DNA of 64,000 nt from Candidatus Melainabacteria bacterium 17Bon1m. GTDB lineage: Bacteria; Cyanobacteriota; Vampirovibrionia; Obscuribacterales; Obscuribacteraceae. Numbering within the stretch: the stretch's first letter is position 1; the number at the start of each line of letters is the position of its first letter. This document shows, piece by piece, positions 41,207 to 51,045 of the stretch. The stretch is from NCBI GenBank assembly GCA_032128875.1, contig JAVLKG010000001.1, positions 480,001-544,000 of the forward strand. The letters are read 5' to 3'. Below the pieces are notes generated by a model. That model was not told the DNA's origin and searched no databases. It worked only from the letters and a program-made list of their open reading frames with translations. The translations under genes and the position numbers were made by a program.

Positions 41207-41297
41207 ACTTCGTTTTCATCCCGTCCTCAAGCAAGTTCTGAATAGGCTACAATCAGATCCGGCATCGGCATTGCGGGCTGATGTAACGGTGAACTTG

Positions 41298-42614
41298 ATG
41301 CTCAGGCTGATTGTTTCTCTCACAATTTTATCCGTCTCTTTTTGCTCTCCGGCGTGGTCTGCGACGAGCGAGCGCAAGATTTTGTCATTGCCGATTCTCT
41401 ATGTCACGGACCGGGAGAAAACGGTGAATCGCGGCAGCTATCAGGATTATGGTGTGCAGATGATCGAGCCGGTTGACGCGCTTTATTATGGCTGTCAGCA
41501 GGTGAAGGTCAAGCTGACCGCGAAAGAAGCCGAGGAGATGGAAAGTCTTCCCCGCTGGGGATGGCAGCTGCGCGGGGAGAAGGACCCGGACCCGTATGTT
41601 CAAAACGGACAAACAGCGGCTGCTGCGCATAGCGGACAAACTGTTCAAGCCACCCAAACAAGTAAAGAAGGAAAAGCACAGACCGAAGTTAGCGAAACCG
41701 GCGAGTCTGGAGAAAAGAGCGTAACCGGCAAAACTGGCGAGACTTCAGTGTCCCCGTCGGCCGCGGTGCCTCAGGATGCGACCAATGGGCCGAATCTTGA
41801 ATTCGGAAATCAAGTTTTCGACAAAGAATCCGACTTTCAAAGCCTCGTTGCAAAACTGCGAAGAGCGATGGAAATCAACAAACGCAAAGAGTTCATAATC
41901 TTCGTGCATGGTTGTTGCATCGGATTTGAGGGCTCGATGAATCAAGCCGCAGCACTGGAAGAGGCGACGCACATACCTGTAATCAACTATGCCTGGGGCT
42001 CTGTGAAAGGCAATTACGGCGGCTCGACGATGACTTATCCGCGATCGCAAGAGCGCTTCAATGGACTTGTGCGTCGACTTTTAAAAGAGTTTCCGGACGA
42101 GAAAATCACACTCGCCGGCAACAGTGTCGGCAATATGATGATTGTTGAATACTGCCTGGAAACTTGCGAACACAGCGACCTTCGGAAGTTCGACAATATC
42201 ATTTTGTCTCGTGCTGATATGGACGCATTTGCTTTCAAGACGCAAGTGAAACATGTGATGCGCACGACGAAGCATGTGAGTTTATACGTCGCGAAGAATG
42301 ATCCGCAAATCAATCTCTCAGGCGTTTTGCGTTGGTTTTTCAATCCGAAAGATGGAAGTGAGCGAGTTGGAAATACACGCTCCGCGGCGATGTATCATTG
42401 CGACCAACCCGTTGTTGTTTATGATGTTTCCGCGTTGCGCCTGAAGCACATTATGCCGCACAGAGCTGTTTCCGAACTGCTGAACAATGATGGTTGCACG
42501 CCCGCGGATTCGCCCGTGTACATCTACACCGCTGAAAAGGATAATGTCGTGCGAGTTGTTCAGCGCCCCGGCAAAGTCGCCGAGCGGCAGTTTGCCAATG
42601 CAAGTGGGGAATAA
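41298..42614 (+). CDS. Exported alpha/beta hydrolase (DUF900-like)
   Basis: ILYVTDR, IFVHG, GNSVG nucleophile elbow, ADMD, LYV..ND. Confidence 0.75.
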   Translation: MLRLIVSLTILSVSFCSPAWSATSERKILSLPILYVTDREKTVNRGSYQDYGVQMIEPVDALYYGCQQVKVKLTAKEAEEMESLPRWGWQLRGEKDPDPYVQNGQTAAAAHSGQTVQATQTSKEGKAQTEVSETGESGEKSVTGKTGETSVSPSAAVPQDATNGPNLEFGNQVFDKESDFQSLVAKLRRAMEINKRKEFIIFVHGCCIGFEGSMNQAAALEEATHIPVINYAWGSVKGNYGGSTMTYPRSQERFNGLVRRLLKEFPDEKITLAGNSVGNMMIVEYCLETCEHSDLRKFDNIILSRADMDAFAFKTQVKHVMRTTKHVSLYVAKNDPQINLSGVLRWFFNPKDGSERVGNTRSAAMYHCDQPVVVYDVSALRLKHIMPHRAVSELLNNDGCTPADSPVYIYTAEKDNVVRVVQRPGKVAERQFANASGE

Positions 42615-42699
42615 ACCCACAAGAATTTCACAACAACAGTCAACAATGGTCTGAATAGCACCGAGCGGTTGGCTGTTGTTTTTTGCCTCGGGTGAGTTG

Positions 42700-43242
42700 A
42701 TGGAGAGAAAAGCTCGCATCACAAATATGATTGTGTTTTTTCTGCTTACTACAGTGGCGACTGCGTGTGGAGCGATCGCGTCTAACTTGCTCTGGAGGGC
42801 TGTTTCCATGGATCTGCTTCGCTTATTCGAAGCTCCTAAATGGCTCTATATAATGACGTGTTCACTCATTCCAGTAATTTCGTTCGTCTTGAGTCTTCTG
42901 CTTTTTAGAATTTATCTTTGCTTCCAACAAGCTGCCGAGCCTGTTAGGAGCTGCGGATTGGACTTTCTTTTGGGCTTCATCCCATCGTGGAGTATCGTGT
43001 CGTCGCTGGCGATGTTTTGGGGCACAGCTTCCTACCTAAACCATCTGCCGCAGCGCACGGCCGAAGATGTGATGTCGAATATTTTCACCGCATACATGCG
43101 TGGATCTCACTTGCTCCTTAATGCGCTTGTCGCCTCCGTTTGCATAGGCGTTTTTGTCGCATTTTTCCTAAGAGCATGCAGAACCTTGCTGCCCTACTTT
43201 ATCGAAGCCATTAATTTTAGAAGCAGAAAACTAGTGGGGTAG
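42700..43242 (+). CDS. Four-TM membrane hypothetical protein
   Basis: Four hydrophobic helices. Confidence 0.55.
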   Translation: MERKARITNMIVFFLLTTVATACGAIASNLLWRAVSMDLLRLFEAPKWLYIMTCSLIPVISFVLSLLLFRIYLCFQQAAEPVRSCGLDFLLGFIPSWSIVSSLAMFWGTASYLNHLPQRTAEDVMSNIFTAYMRGSHLLLNALVASVCIGVFVAFFLRACRTLLPYFIEAINFRSRKLVG

Positions 43243-44028
43243 AGCGCTCAATCCGGCAATGGCAGCATTCTTGGTTGCAACATAGGTGCTGCCAGCTGTT
43301 TGATAGATTGTTCTTACGCTCAAACAAACGATCAACACTCCTACTGCAACCATTAGAGGTTTTGGTTGGACAGACTTACATGCTTTTGCTGCAATTGGAG
43401 CGGCAATCATTCCACCAATTACGAGCCCAATGACGGCATTAAGGTAAATAGAGCCGAGTGACACGAGAAACACTGCCGAGGTTGCCGCAGCAACGAAGAA
43501 TTCAGCCACATTGACAGATCCGATGACGAAGCGAGGGCTGTTGCCTTTTGCCACTAGGGTGGAAGTGACGACTGGACCCCAGCCACCACCGCCGATGGCA
43601 TCTACGAAACCACCGAGAAAACCCAAGCGTCCGATGTGATTTCTCTTCGGCTCCGGCTGGTGCTTGCGTGCAGCTTTAGCAAGGATGAGAATGCCCATTC
43701 CTAGCAGGTATAAGCTGATGAATGGCTTGATGACTTCGCCATTGACGTTGCACAAAATATAGGCGCCTATAATACCGCCGATAACACCAGGGATGACCAG
43801 CCGCTTTAAAAATTCCTTGTCGACGTTGCCCGCCCTTAGATGGCAGAATGCTGAAACAGCAGTCGTGAATAGCTCTGCAGTATGAACGCTAGCGGATGCT
43901 ACGACTGGTGACACGCCGATAGAGAGCATCAGTGTTGAACAGCTAACGCCGTAAGCCATGCCCAATGTCCCATCGATCATTTGTGCGATGAAACCGGCGA
44001 GAATAAAGAATGGAAGCGAGTTGTCCAT
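43231..44028 (-). CDS. TauE/SafE (sulfite exporter/TSUP) family protein
   Basis: AQMIDGTLGMAYGV, DAIGGGGWGP. Confidence 0.9.
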   Translation of the reverse strand: MDNSLPFFILAGFIAQMIDGTLGMAYGVSCSTLMLSIGVSPVVASASVHTAELFTTAVSAFCHLRAGNVDKEFLKRLVIPGVIGGIIGAYILCNVNGEVIKPFISLYLLGMGILILAKAARKHQPEPKRNHIGRLGFLGGFVDAIGGGGWGPVVTSTLVAKGNSPRFVIGSVNVAEFFVAAATSAVFLVSLGSIYLNAVIGLVIGGMIAAPIAAKACKSVQPKPLMVAVGVLIVCLSVRTIYQTAGSTYVATKNAAIAGLSALPH

Positions 44029-44049
44029 AATAACTTTTGAGGGTTTCCT

Positions 44050-44490
44050 TTAAGCAGTCGTGCAGGATGTCGACGATTTGCGAATGAGATCTGCGAGTGA
44101 GGTGTTGTCCAAAATGTCTGAGATTGCGTCACGCACTTCGCGCATCAGGAGCCGCAGGTTGCAGGCTTCCGGTTCGGGACAGCTTGGACAGGGCTCGTAT
44201 GCTGTCACTGAGGCGCACGGGATGGGCGCTAAAGGTCCGTCCATAAGCCGCGCCACCTCTCCGATAGTGATTTGGTCAGCCGGGCGATTGAGTACATAGC
44301 CGCCGCGCGAACCTCTCCGGCTGCGCAGGACTCCTGCGTTTTTCAGCGTGAGCATGATTTGGTTGAGGAAAGGCTCCGGTATTTGAGCTTTTTTGGCTAT
44401 TTCAGATGCGGAAACACCTTGCTCTTGGTCGCAAGCGCCAAGAAAAAGCAGCGCTTTGGTTGCGTATTCGCCTCTTCGTGAGAGTTTCAT
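44050..44490 (-). CDS. Rrf2-family transcriptional regulator
   Basis: MKLSRRGEYA, SRRG..GGY.L, DGPLAPIPC, Cys cluster. Confidence 0.92.
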   Translation of the reverse strand: MKLSRRGEYATKALLFLGACDQEQGVSASEIAKKAQIPEPFLNQIMLTLKNAGVLRSRRGSRGGYVLNRPADQITIGEVARLMDGPLAPIPCASVTAYEPCPSCPEPEACNLRLLMREVRDAISDILDNTSLADLIRKSSTSCTTA

Positions 44491-44530
44491 ATTGGCAAGG
44501 GATTGGTCGCCGGGGTATTTCTTAAGGCAT

Positions 44531-44555
44531 AAAGTTGACCGGATTGGTCGCCTAT
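44531..44555. promoter_or_regulatory. Rrf2 (IscR type-1-like) operator palindrome
   Basis: AAAGTTGACCGGATTGGTCGCCTAT, 41-65 bp upstream of the rrf2 start. Confidence 0.6.
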
Positions 44556-44831
44556 TGGAAGAACCATATGGTGTCATGTCTAATAAGGATGCGGCAAGTT
44601 CTTGACAGCCCGGCTGCAAAGAATGCTAAACATAGCGCTGGCTTTAGTTTTGACCTGTTTTTGCCTCGCTTGATTTCTAAGAACGCTCTCATTCCATACT
44701 CAGAAGTTAAACCGTTATCGGTTTAACTTCTAGATGATATACGCGGCTGGATGTGCCCAGAATTGCCAGCCCGTGGCGTTGACTGGAATTGGTTGGGTTT
44801 TGGAGGGGTTCTAGTGCCTCGTGACGACCGC

Positions 44832-47444
44832 TTAGAAATCCTCTTCGCCCTTCTCCTTGGGGATGCTAAACCAGAAGGCGCAACCGCCAGTTTCGGCGTC
44901 GACGACGCCGACTTTTCCGCCGTGGGCAGCAATGATCATTTTGCAAATGGCGAGGCCGAGTCCGTAGCCTTTGCCTCTCGTCTTCGAGTCTGCAGTTTGG
45001 AAGAAGCGGTCAAAGACTTTGACTTTATTCTCGTCAGAAAGTCCTGGTCCGCTGTCGTTGACGTAAATCTCTGTTTGATAAGTTGTATTTTTGTGCGTGA
45101 TACTAATAGTGGTATCAGGTGGAGAATGGCTTATAGCATTGCCCAGGTAATTAACCAATACTTGTACAAGCCTATGTCTATCTGCTGTTACGACGATAGG
45201 CTTTACTTTATTGACGAGCGCGACTTTGCGTTGCAGCGCCAGCGATTGAACCGACGTGATTGCTTGATCAATTACTTCGGTAATGTCGAAATCCGAGAGT
45301 TGTATCTCAATGCGTCCGGACTCCAAGTTCTCAATTGTGAGCAGATCGTCTACTAATCCAAGCATGCGATCGACATTGGCACGGGCCGAATTTAGCTGCC
45401 GTGTGCCCAGTTCTGATGCCTCTTTTTCTACTTGCATCTGCAAAGCTCTGAGTGTTCCTTGCACGAGAATCAACGGCTCACGCAAATCGCGAGCCACCAT
45501 CTTCATAATGGTTGTGCGTTGTTTCCAAACATCATTTAGTTGCTCGGCCACGTCGTGTAATACAAAGTCTAGATACGAAATTTCGTCCGTGCCCGAAACC
45601 TGCGGTTTAAGCGGTTCTCGCAGTGGCAGGCGTGTTGAATTGTAAGTCAGTTGCTGCATGCGGCTGGAGATATCTCGGCCGAAGAGAAACACAAGAATGA
45701 AAGAGAGAAAGAGGCTGCCGATTATACCGCCGGTGATAATTCCTTCAACTCTCTGGTGCTGCTGCGCCTGAGCCTGGCGTGCGGCTTTCAATCGAGTTTG
45801 TTCTGCTTCCGAAAGTTTCAAAAATTCTTCTTGTCTGTAGATAGCGAACTTCCAAAACGGCATGACGCTGTTGTACAGTTCCATCTCGTCTTGCAGGTTT
45901 TCTTGAGTCATGTACGGGCGCATTTCGACAAATCGTTTGTATTCGACATCACCCAAATTCTTCAGTTTGTCCAGCAGCTTACGCATCTCCGCGTCGTCTT
46001 TGACTAGCTGGTAAAGATTGTCGTACTGGTGTTCTGCCATGTTGCGGTAATAGAGACCCTGTTGATGGTCTGTCGATTTTCCGTACAGCAAGTAGTTGCC
46101 CATAAAACCATAAGAGACCACTCCCATGCTCATCATGCGGTTGAGGTATGTGGCAATTTCTGTTTGTTTGTGCTCATTGATGAGCGCTGCTTCTTGCTCG
46201 TTGATGACTTGACCGATACCAGTCAAAAGCATTGTTGTCAGAGTCAGAGGCACAATCACCAAAAGCATCGCTTTCTTGAATATGCCGGGTTTGAATTTCC
46301 TTTCTTGGGCGACGCGTTCTGCTGATTGCCCGCTCAGCTCAAGCCGCATCAGTTGAGTCAATTCGTGAATGCCTGCATGATTATCTTTTTCGAAGGACTC
46401 CACACCTACTGCGGTTACTTCGGTGACATTGGCTGCCAATTTTTCCAGAGTGAGAAGGTCGTTGACGAGGGCAATCAATCGTTCTACATTCTCGGTACCC
46501 TGCGTTAAAAGCGGCTTGGCTTCCTGGTTTATCTTTTCGCCGTCCGACTTGTCGAAGACCGCCAATGACAAACTAACCGCCGAGAGCGGCGAGCGCATGT
46601 CGTGTGCCACCATCTCCATCAAATGCTTTCTGAATTGCGCGGCTTTGTTTAGCTGTGCAGACGCTTTATGCAAAATATTGTCGAGATACGCAAATTCGTC
46701 ATCGCCAAGAATTTCTTTTTCAAGAGTTACTCTTTTCGGCAGCTTGACGGCGTTTTCGATGAGGATTGCCATCCGCTCAGTGATTTCTTTGTTGAATGCA
46801 AAAAGCAGCAAGATCGCAACAATGAAGTTGACGACCATGCCCCAGTACACCACTTTCTTGGTCAATTCTCGATAGTGTTTTTCACTCGCGATTGATTTGG
46901 CGAGGCGGTCTTGCTCGTTTTGCGAAATTGAATAGAAGCGTTTGTAATTTTCGTACGCTGAGAAAACCAAACTGCGCGCGCTTCTCAACTGGCGAAAAGG
47001 CTCTTCGGCCGACTCTCCGGGAATCCACGGACGCAGCCACTTGAGTTTTTCCATCTCCGGCACTGCCAACTCATAAACTTCGCGCGCCGCACGTTTTCTC
47101 TCTTCGTCATTGCCGGCAAGAGCTAACAGAACTTTGAATTCATCAAGGGCGATTTGGACATAATGCTCGCCCTTTTCGCGTGACTTGTCGTCGCGAGAAA
47201 TCAAATAGCGGCAGTACAATCCGTACCCGACCGTACCTGCTGCAATGAGACGATTGGCGTGGATCGTCTGCTCCAGGCTATTGCGCTGATCGACAAGCGC
47301 TGATTCCGCCTGCTGACTCATCCAGCCGACCCATAGGAGCAAAATAATTTCAATCAACAGCGGGACAAAAACCAGCATTAGCCCCTTGGTAAATATCCGC
47401 CGTTTAAATTTGACGTTTGGGGTTGCTAGATCGGATTCCGCCAT
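44832..47444 (-). CDS. Membrane sensor histidine kinase with a duplicated sensor-DHp module
   Basis: Two TM-periplasmic-TM-HAMP-HisKA modules (VAHDMRSPL; VARDLREPL) and one HATPase (N, DSGPG, FDRF, G.GLGL). Confidence 0.88.
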   Translation of the reverse strand: MAESDLATPNVKFKRRIFTKGLMLVFVPLLIEIILLLWVGWMSQQAESALVDQRNSLEQTIHANRLIAAGTVGYGLYCRYLISRDDKSREKGEHYVQIALDEFKVLLALAGNDEERKRAAREVYELAVPEMEKLKWLRPWIPGESAEEPFRQLRSARSLVFSAYENYKRFYSISQNEQDRLAKSIASEKHYRELTKKVVYWGMVVNFIVAILLLFAFNKEITERMAILIENAVKLPKRVTLEKEILGDDEFAYLDNILHKASAQLNKAAQFRKHLMEMVAHDMRSPLSAVSLSLAVFDKSDGEKINQEAKPLLTQGTENVERLIALVNDLLTLEKLAANVTEVTAVGVESFEKDNHAGIHELTQLMRLELSGQSAERVAQERKFKPGIFKKAMLLVIVPLTLTTMLLTGIGQVINEQEAALINEHKQTEIATYLNRMMSMGVVSYGFMGNYLLYGKSTDHQQGLYYRNMAEHQYDNLYQLVKDDAEMRKLLDKLKNLGDVEYKRFVEMRPYMTQENLQDEMELYNSVMPFWKFAIYRQEEFLKLSEAEQTRLKAARQAQAQQHQRVEGIITGGIIGSLFLSFILVFLFGRDISSRMQQLTYNSTRLPLREPLKPQVSGTDEISYLDFVLHDVAEQLNDVWKQRTTIMKMVARDLREPLILVQGTLRALQMQVEKEASELGTRQLNSARANVDRMLGLVDDLLTIENLESGRIEIQLSDFDITEVIDQAITSVQSLALQRKVALVNKVKPIVVTADRHRLVQVLVNYLGNAISHSPPDTTISITHKNTTYQTEIYVNDSGPGLSDENKVKVFDRFFQTADSKTRGKGYGLGLAICKMIIAAHGGKVGVVDAETGGCAFWFSIPKEKGEEDF

Positions 47445-47524
47445 ATTTGAATTTAGCTCACTGGCCTTCGTGTAAGATATTACTTCAAGCGACAAGAAAT
47501 GCTTGTCCAGTTGCTGGAAGTTCC

Positions 47525-48214
47525 ATGGCGAAGATACTCATCGTAGAAGATGATACCGAACTTGCAAAGAGTATTGCCGACTGGCTTACTCTGGAGAATC
47601 ACACGGTCGAGCATGCCGAGACCGGAGAGGACGGATTGCAGCTGGTAAACGGTTACCAGTACGACCTTTTGATTCTCGACTGGCAACTGCCCGGCATTTC
47701 CGGCGTAGATGTTTGCAAGCAATACAGGCGTCAGGGCGGCGAGATGCCGGTGCTTTTCTTGACGGGCAAATCAGGCGCGGATGCCATTGAGACAGGTCTG
47801 GACGCAGGGGCGGATGACTATCTGGTCAAGCCTTTCCAGGTTCGAGAGCTTTCTGCCCGTATTCGCTCATTAATGCGTCGCCCCAAAGGTTTGCTGCCAA
47901 CCAAGTTGAAAGTGGACTATTTGTCGGTCGAGCTCGAGACGCGTACCGCAATTGTCAACAACGACCGGGTCGTTCTTTCGCCCAAAGAGTTTGCCTTACT
48001 GGAGTTTCTCTTCCGCCATCCCAACCGCTGCTACGGGGCTAAGGCACTGTTGGAAGCCATATGGCCGTCCGAGACCGAAAGTTCGGAAGATACCGTGCGT
48101 ACGATTATGAAAAACCTGCGGCGCAAGATCACGCCGGCTGGATCCGAATGTGTCATAAAAACGGTTCAAGGCTCTGGCTATATTATTGAACAGGCCGTCA
48201 CGTCCGAGTCCTGA
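47525..48214 (+). CDS. OmpR/PhoB-family response regulator
   Basis: ILIVEDD, LDWQLP, GADDYLVKPF, winged helix IKTV.GSGY. Confidence 0.93.
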   Translation: MAKILIVEDDTELAKSIADWLTLENHTVEHAETGEDGLQLVNGYQYDLLILDWQLPGISGVDVCKQYRRQGGEMPVLFLTGKSGADAIETGLDAGADDYLVKPFQVRELSARIRSLMRRPKGLLPTKLKVDYLSVELETRTAIVNNDRVVLSPKEFALLEFLFRHPNRCYGAKALLEAIWPSETESSEDTVRTIMKNLRRKITPAGSECVIKTVQGSGYIIEQAVTSES

Positions 48215-48264
48215 AACCCGGCGCCGTTCCAATTTCTTGATAGATATACTTTTGCCTGAAATCA

Positions 48265-48297
48265 TTCACGTTTAATTCACGTGTCGGCACTTACTAT
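48265..48297 (+). promoter_or_regulatory. Shared direct-repeat promoter, copy 3 (perfect repeat)
   Basis: TTCACG-TTTAA-TTCACG-N10-TACTAT. Confidence 0.7.
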
Positions 48298-48303
48298 CAT
48301 GTC

Positions 48304-48585
48304 ATCGAAGACGTCAGTCCGACATCACTGACGACGGCGATACTGAAAGGCTCGAGCAGGTTCACCATCCTCCTCGCTCGCGTCGCGAAAACCAATCGAA
48401 CCGCATTCGGTGGTCTGCCCCACAGTTTGCATTCTGTGCTCGTAAACCGAAATTCACGCGTCGCTTTACGAGCCTCGATTGGATTTATCCCCCGCCCATC
48501 TATAACTAAATAAGAATTGCCTTGCAGGCTAAGAATTTTGTGCAAGGGGGGAGAGGGGCTTTCGAGCCTCTCTCTCGGGCTTTTT
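48304..48585 (+). ncRNA. Candidate structured non-coding RNA (~280 nt)
   Basis: Promoter upstream, no ATG inside, at least 7 helices including a multibranch domain, 3' UUCG hairpin followed by a T-run. Confidence 0.55.
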
Positions 48586-48719
48586 GTATTATTCTCCGCG
48601 CTTATCTATGACGTCTATGGTGGACGTCTCCTGATACCACAGGTAGTTTTACGCCGGTCGTTTATCGCTGGTAATTCGCCAGCCAGCGTTGGGCAATGCC
48701 AGGCATCGCCCCGCCCGAA

Positions 48720-49946
48720 CTAATAAACGCGAACTGGCCTGCCGCTTACTTTTTTCGCTTCGAATTTCGGCTTCTCCGGATTGCGTCCGAAAGAAACTCC
48801 GAACGTCTCGAAAAGCGCTACATCTGCCGGATCTACAAGGCGCTGAACAATTGCTTCTTTGACGTCCATGTATTCCAGGTTGCCGGCGCGATAGGAGACG
48901 ACGGTCACACCGTTTATTCCTTGGGTAACCAGTTCTACTGCAGCTGAGCCGACTTCCAGACCGAAGTTGGAATCGAGTGCCGATGAGGCTCCGCAGCGCA
49001 CCATGTGGCTGGGGCGAATCTCGCGAACTTCAGGAATTTCGTACACGCCTTCGACAAATTGTCCGGTGCGCTTCATGAATTCTTTGATTTCAGGATCGGC
49101 TTTGATGCGGTCTTCGATTTGTTTTACGACGTACTTTCCAGCTCCCATCAGTTTTCTATGACCAAAGGAGTCTGGTTCTGAACTCATGTCTACGAGTTCG
49201 TTGCCCGACGCATCTCTCAAGCCTTCTGCGACGACGACCACGCAAGTGCCCGCTTTGACGTCGCTTTCTTCGATCCGCTTGATGAATTTGCCTTTCAATT
49301 GTTTGTACAAAACGTCGAAGTCGACTGGAATTTCTGGAATCAAAACAGCATCGCAATCCGCTGCTACACCGCCGCGGAATGCTGTGTGACCTGCGTAGCG
49401 TCCGAACACTTCCATGACGATGATGCGGTTATGAGTGCGACCGGTAGTCTTCAAATCGCGCACAGCTTCAGCGATTCTGTTGATAGTCGAATCGCCGCCA
49501 ACGCTGTAAGGCATCAAATCGAGGTCCATTGTTTTTGGCGCATGAACGCATGGAATGCCTTGAGAAGCCAGATCTGCTACCACCGAGCCGGTGTCGTCGC
49601 CGCCTGCGATTACCAATGCATCGAGCTGAAACTTCTTCAGACCTTCTTTGATACGGTCGTATTTCTTTTCGTCTTTGATTTTTGAAACTTTCACTCGTGA
49701 GTTGCCGGCCTCGCTGCCAGCCACGATGACGTCGATTTGTTCTACGCGGTCAGCGGTCAGCTTGCAAAGGGATTTGAATTCGACCAGATTGTAAAGTCCA
49801 GCGTAGCCGTTAGGGATGATGTACGCCGTCATTCCCTTGGAAAGAGCTGTCAGTGCTGCTCCCTTGATAACGCCGTTCAGACCGCCGCAGTCGCCGCCCG
49901 ATGTAATGATGCCAATATTTTTCACGCTGCCTCCAATGTCTTTCAT
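48720..49946 (-). CDS. pfp: 6-phosphofructokinase, probably PPi-dependent
   Basis: TSGGD..GLN, GGDDT (Asp form), PKTMD (Lys), EVFGR.AG, D.FGH. Confidence 0.85.
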   Translation of the reverse strand: MKDIGGSVKNIGIITSGGDCGGLNGVIKGAALTALSKGMTAYIIPNGYAGLYNLVEFKSLCKLTADRVEQIDVIVAGSEAGNSRVKVSKIKDEKKYDRIKEGLKKFQLDALVIAGGDDTGSVVADLASQGIPCVHAPKTMDLDLMPYSVGGDSTINRIAEAVRDLKTTGRTHNRIIVMEVFGRYAGHTAFRGGVAADCDAVLIPEIPVDFDVLYKQLKGKFIKRIEESDVKAGTCVVVVAEGLRDASGNELVDMSSEPDSFGHRKLMGAGKYVVKQIEDRIKADPEIKEFMKRTGQFVEGVYEIPEVREIRPSHMVRCGASSALDSNFGLEVGSAAVELVTQGINGVTVVSYRAGNLEYMDVKEAIVQRLVDPADVALFETFGVSFGRNPEKPKFEAKKVSGRPVRVY

Positions 49947-50304
49947 CGCGCCAAGGTCTTTGACATGCCCTTTTCTGGTCTTCGCATCGGTAAACTGCCG
50001 AACGAAAAGACCTATAAAAGGTCCGGAAAATTTTAGTCGATAGGAGGTCTTGACCTCACTGAGTGTAAACAGCAGCGAAGTGTGTTCTCATTTGAACGTC
50101 TCGATCAATTGAAAAACTGTTGTGAGCCCAAGGCGCGGCGCGTAGTGTTTCACTAGAGTGGAAATGTTGAGGTTTGGATCGTTGCAGGGCAGCGCCCTGG
50201 GAGCGCCGGCGGCTCGCCGGCTTCGGGCGGCATGAGTGCCGCTCCTCAGCGGAGGCTGATGTGTTAGAAGAGCAGAGGGCTGCACAACTCGGAGCATTGC
50301 GTCA

Positions 50305-50958
50305 GTGAATCAGCTTTCTAAACTTTCAAAAGTTGCCTGTATTCTCTGTCTGGTTGTGGTTTTTACCTTTCTATCAGCTTCGCTCTGGTGGGGCTGTGTC
50401 TACCGTTTGCCGCGCAGCAAGCCGATCCTGCTCGATTTGCGTTCTGATAAAACGCGCGACGACCCCGCTAGTGACCGCTGTTTTATGATTTGCGCCGGGC
50501 TGGCAAACAATCCTCACGGTTTTCCAGGGCACTGTTACATAATCTGGGACCGCTATGCTCCCGAACGGCTTGAGTACACTACTTCCGATGGATTTGTGCC
50601 GGGGCGAATGGAAGATTTGATACCCTCCTTGTACTCCGACATTCACGGAATAATGGCTGACAATGCGCTTGTTGGCAATATGAGAAATTTTGATTACGTC
50701 GCTGTACGAGTTGACCGACCGGTGTATGACAGTGCCAGAGCTGTTCGACAGAAGTTTGTGCAAAACCCAATCTTCCATACTGGCGTGCGCGATTGTGTCG
50801 CTTACGTTGACGAAATCAGCGAGATTGCAGGGCTGAAGAGGCCAAAGCGCGATTTTGTTTATCCGCTCGACTATTTGGTTCAATTGAAAAAACTGAATGA
50901 ATCGAAGCTCGAAGTGTCGCTGGAAAGCTATAGCGGCGTAAGAAACGCGAAAGAATAG
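50305..50958 (+). CDS. Membrane-anchored hypothetical protein
   Basis: N-terminal TM helix; PGH and RDCV motifs suggest a possible papain-like fold. Confidence 0.55.
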   Translation: MNQLSKLSKVACILCLVVVFTFLSASLWWGCVYRLPRSKPILLDLRSDKTRDDPASDRCFMICAGLANNPHGFPGHCYIIWDRYAPERLEYTTSDGFVPGRMEDLIPSLYSDIHGIMADNALVGNMRNFDYVAVRVDRPVYDSARAVRQKFVQNPIFHTGVRDCVAYVDEISEIAGLKRPKRDFVYPLDYLVQLKKLNESKLEVSLESYSGVRNAKE

Positions 50959-51045
50959 CTAGGGCTAAGGTTGCTCCTTCGTCAATCGGCTATTCTGTCG
51001 GCTGACAACAGGCGCGTGACCGTTCGCGCAGGATACAGAGGCATT

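Noticed and set aside
48297-48545. 82-aa minus-strand ORF
   Set aside because: TTG start, no evident RBS or motif; the plus-strand promoter and RNA structure fit better
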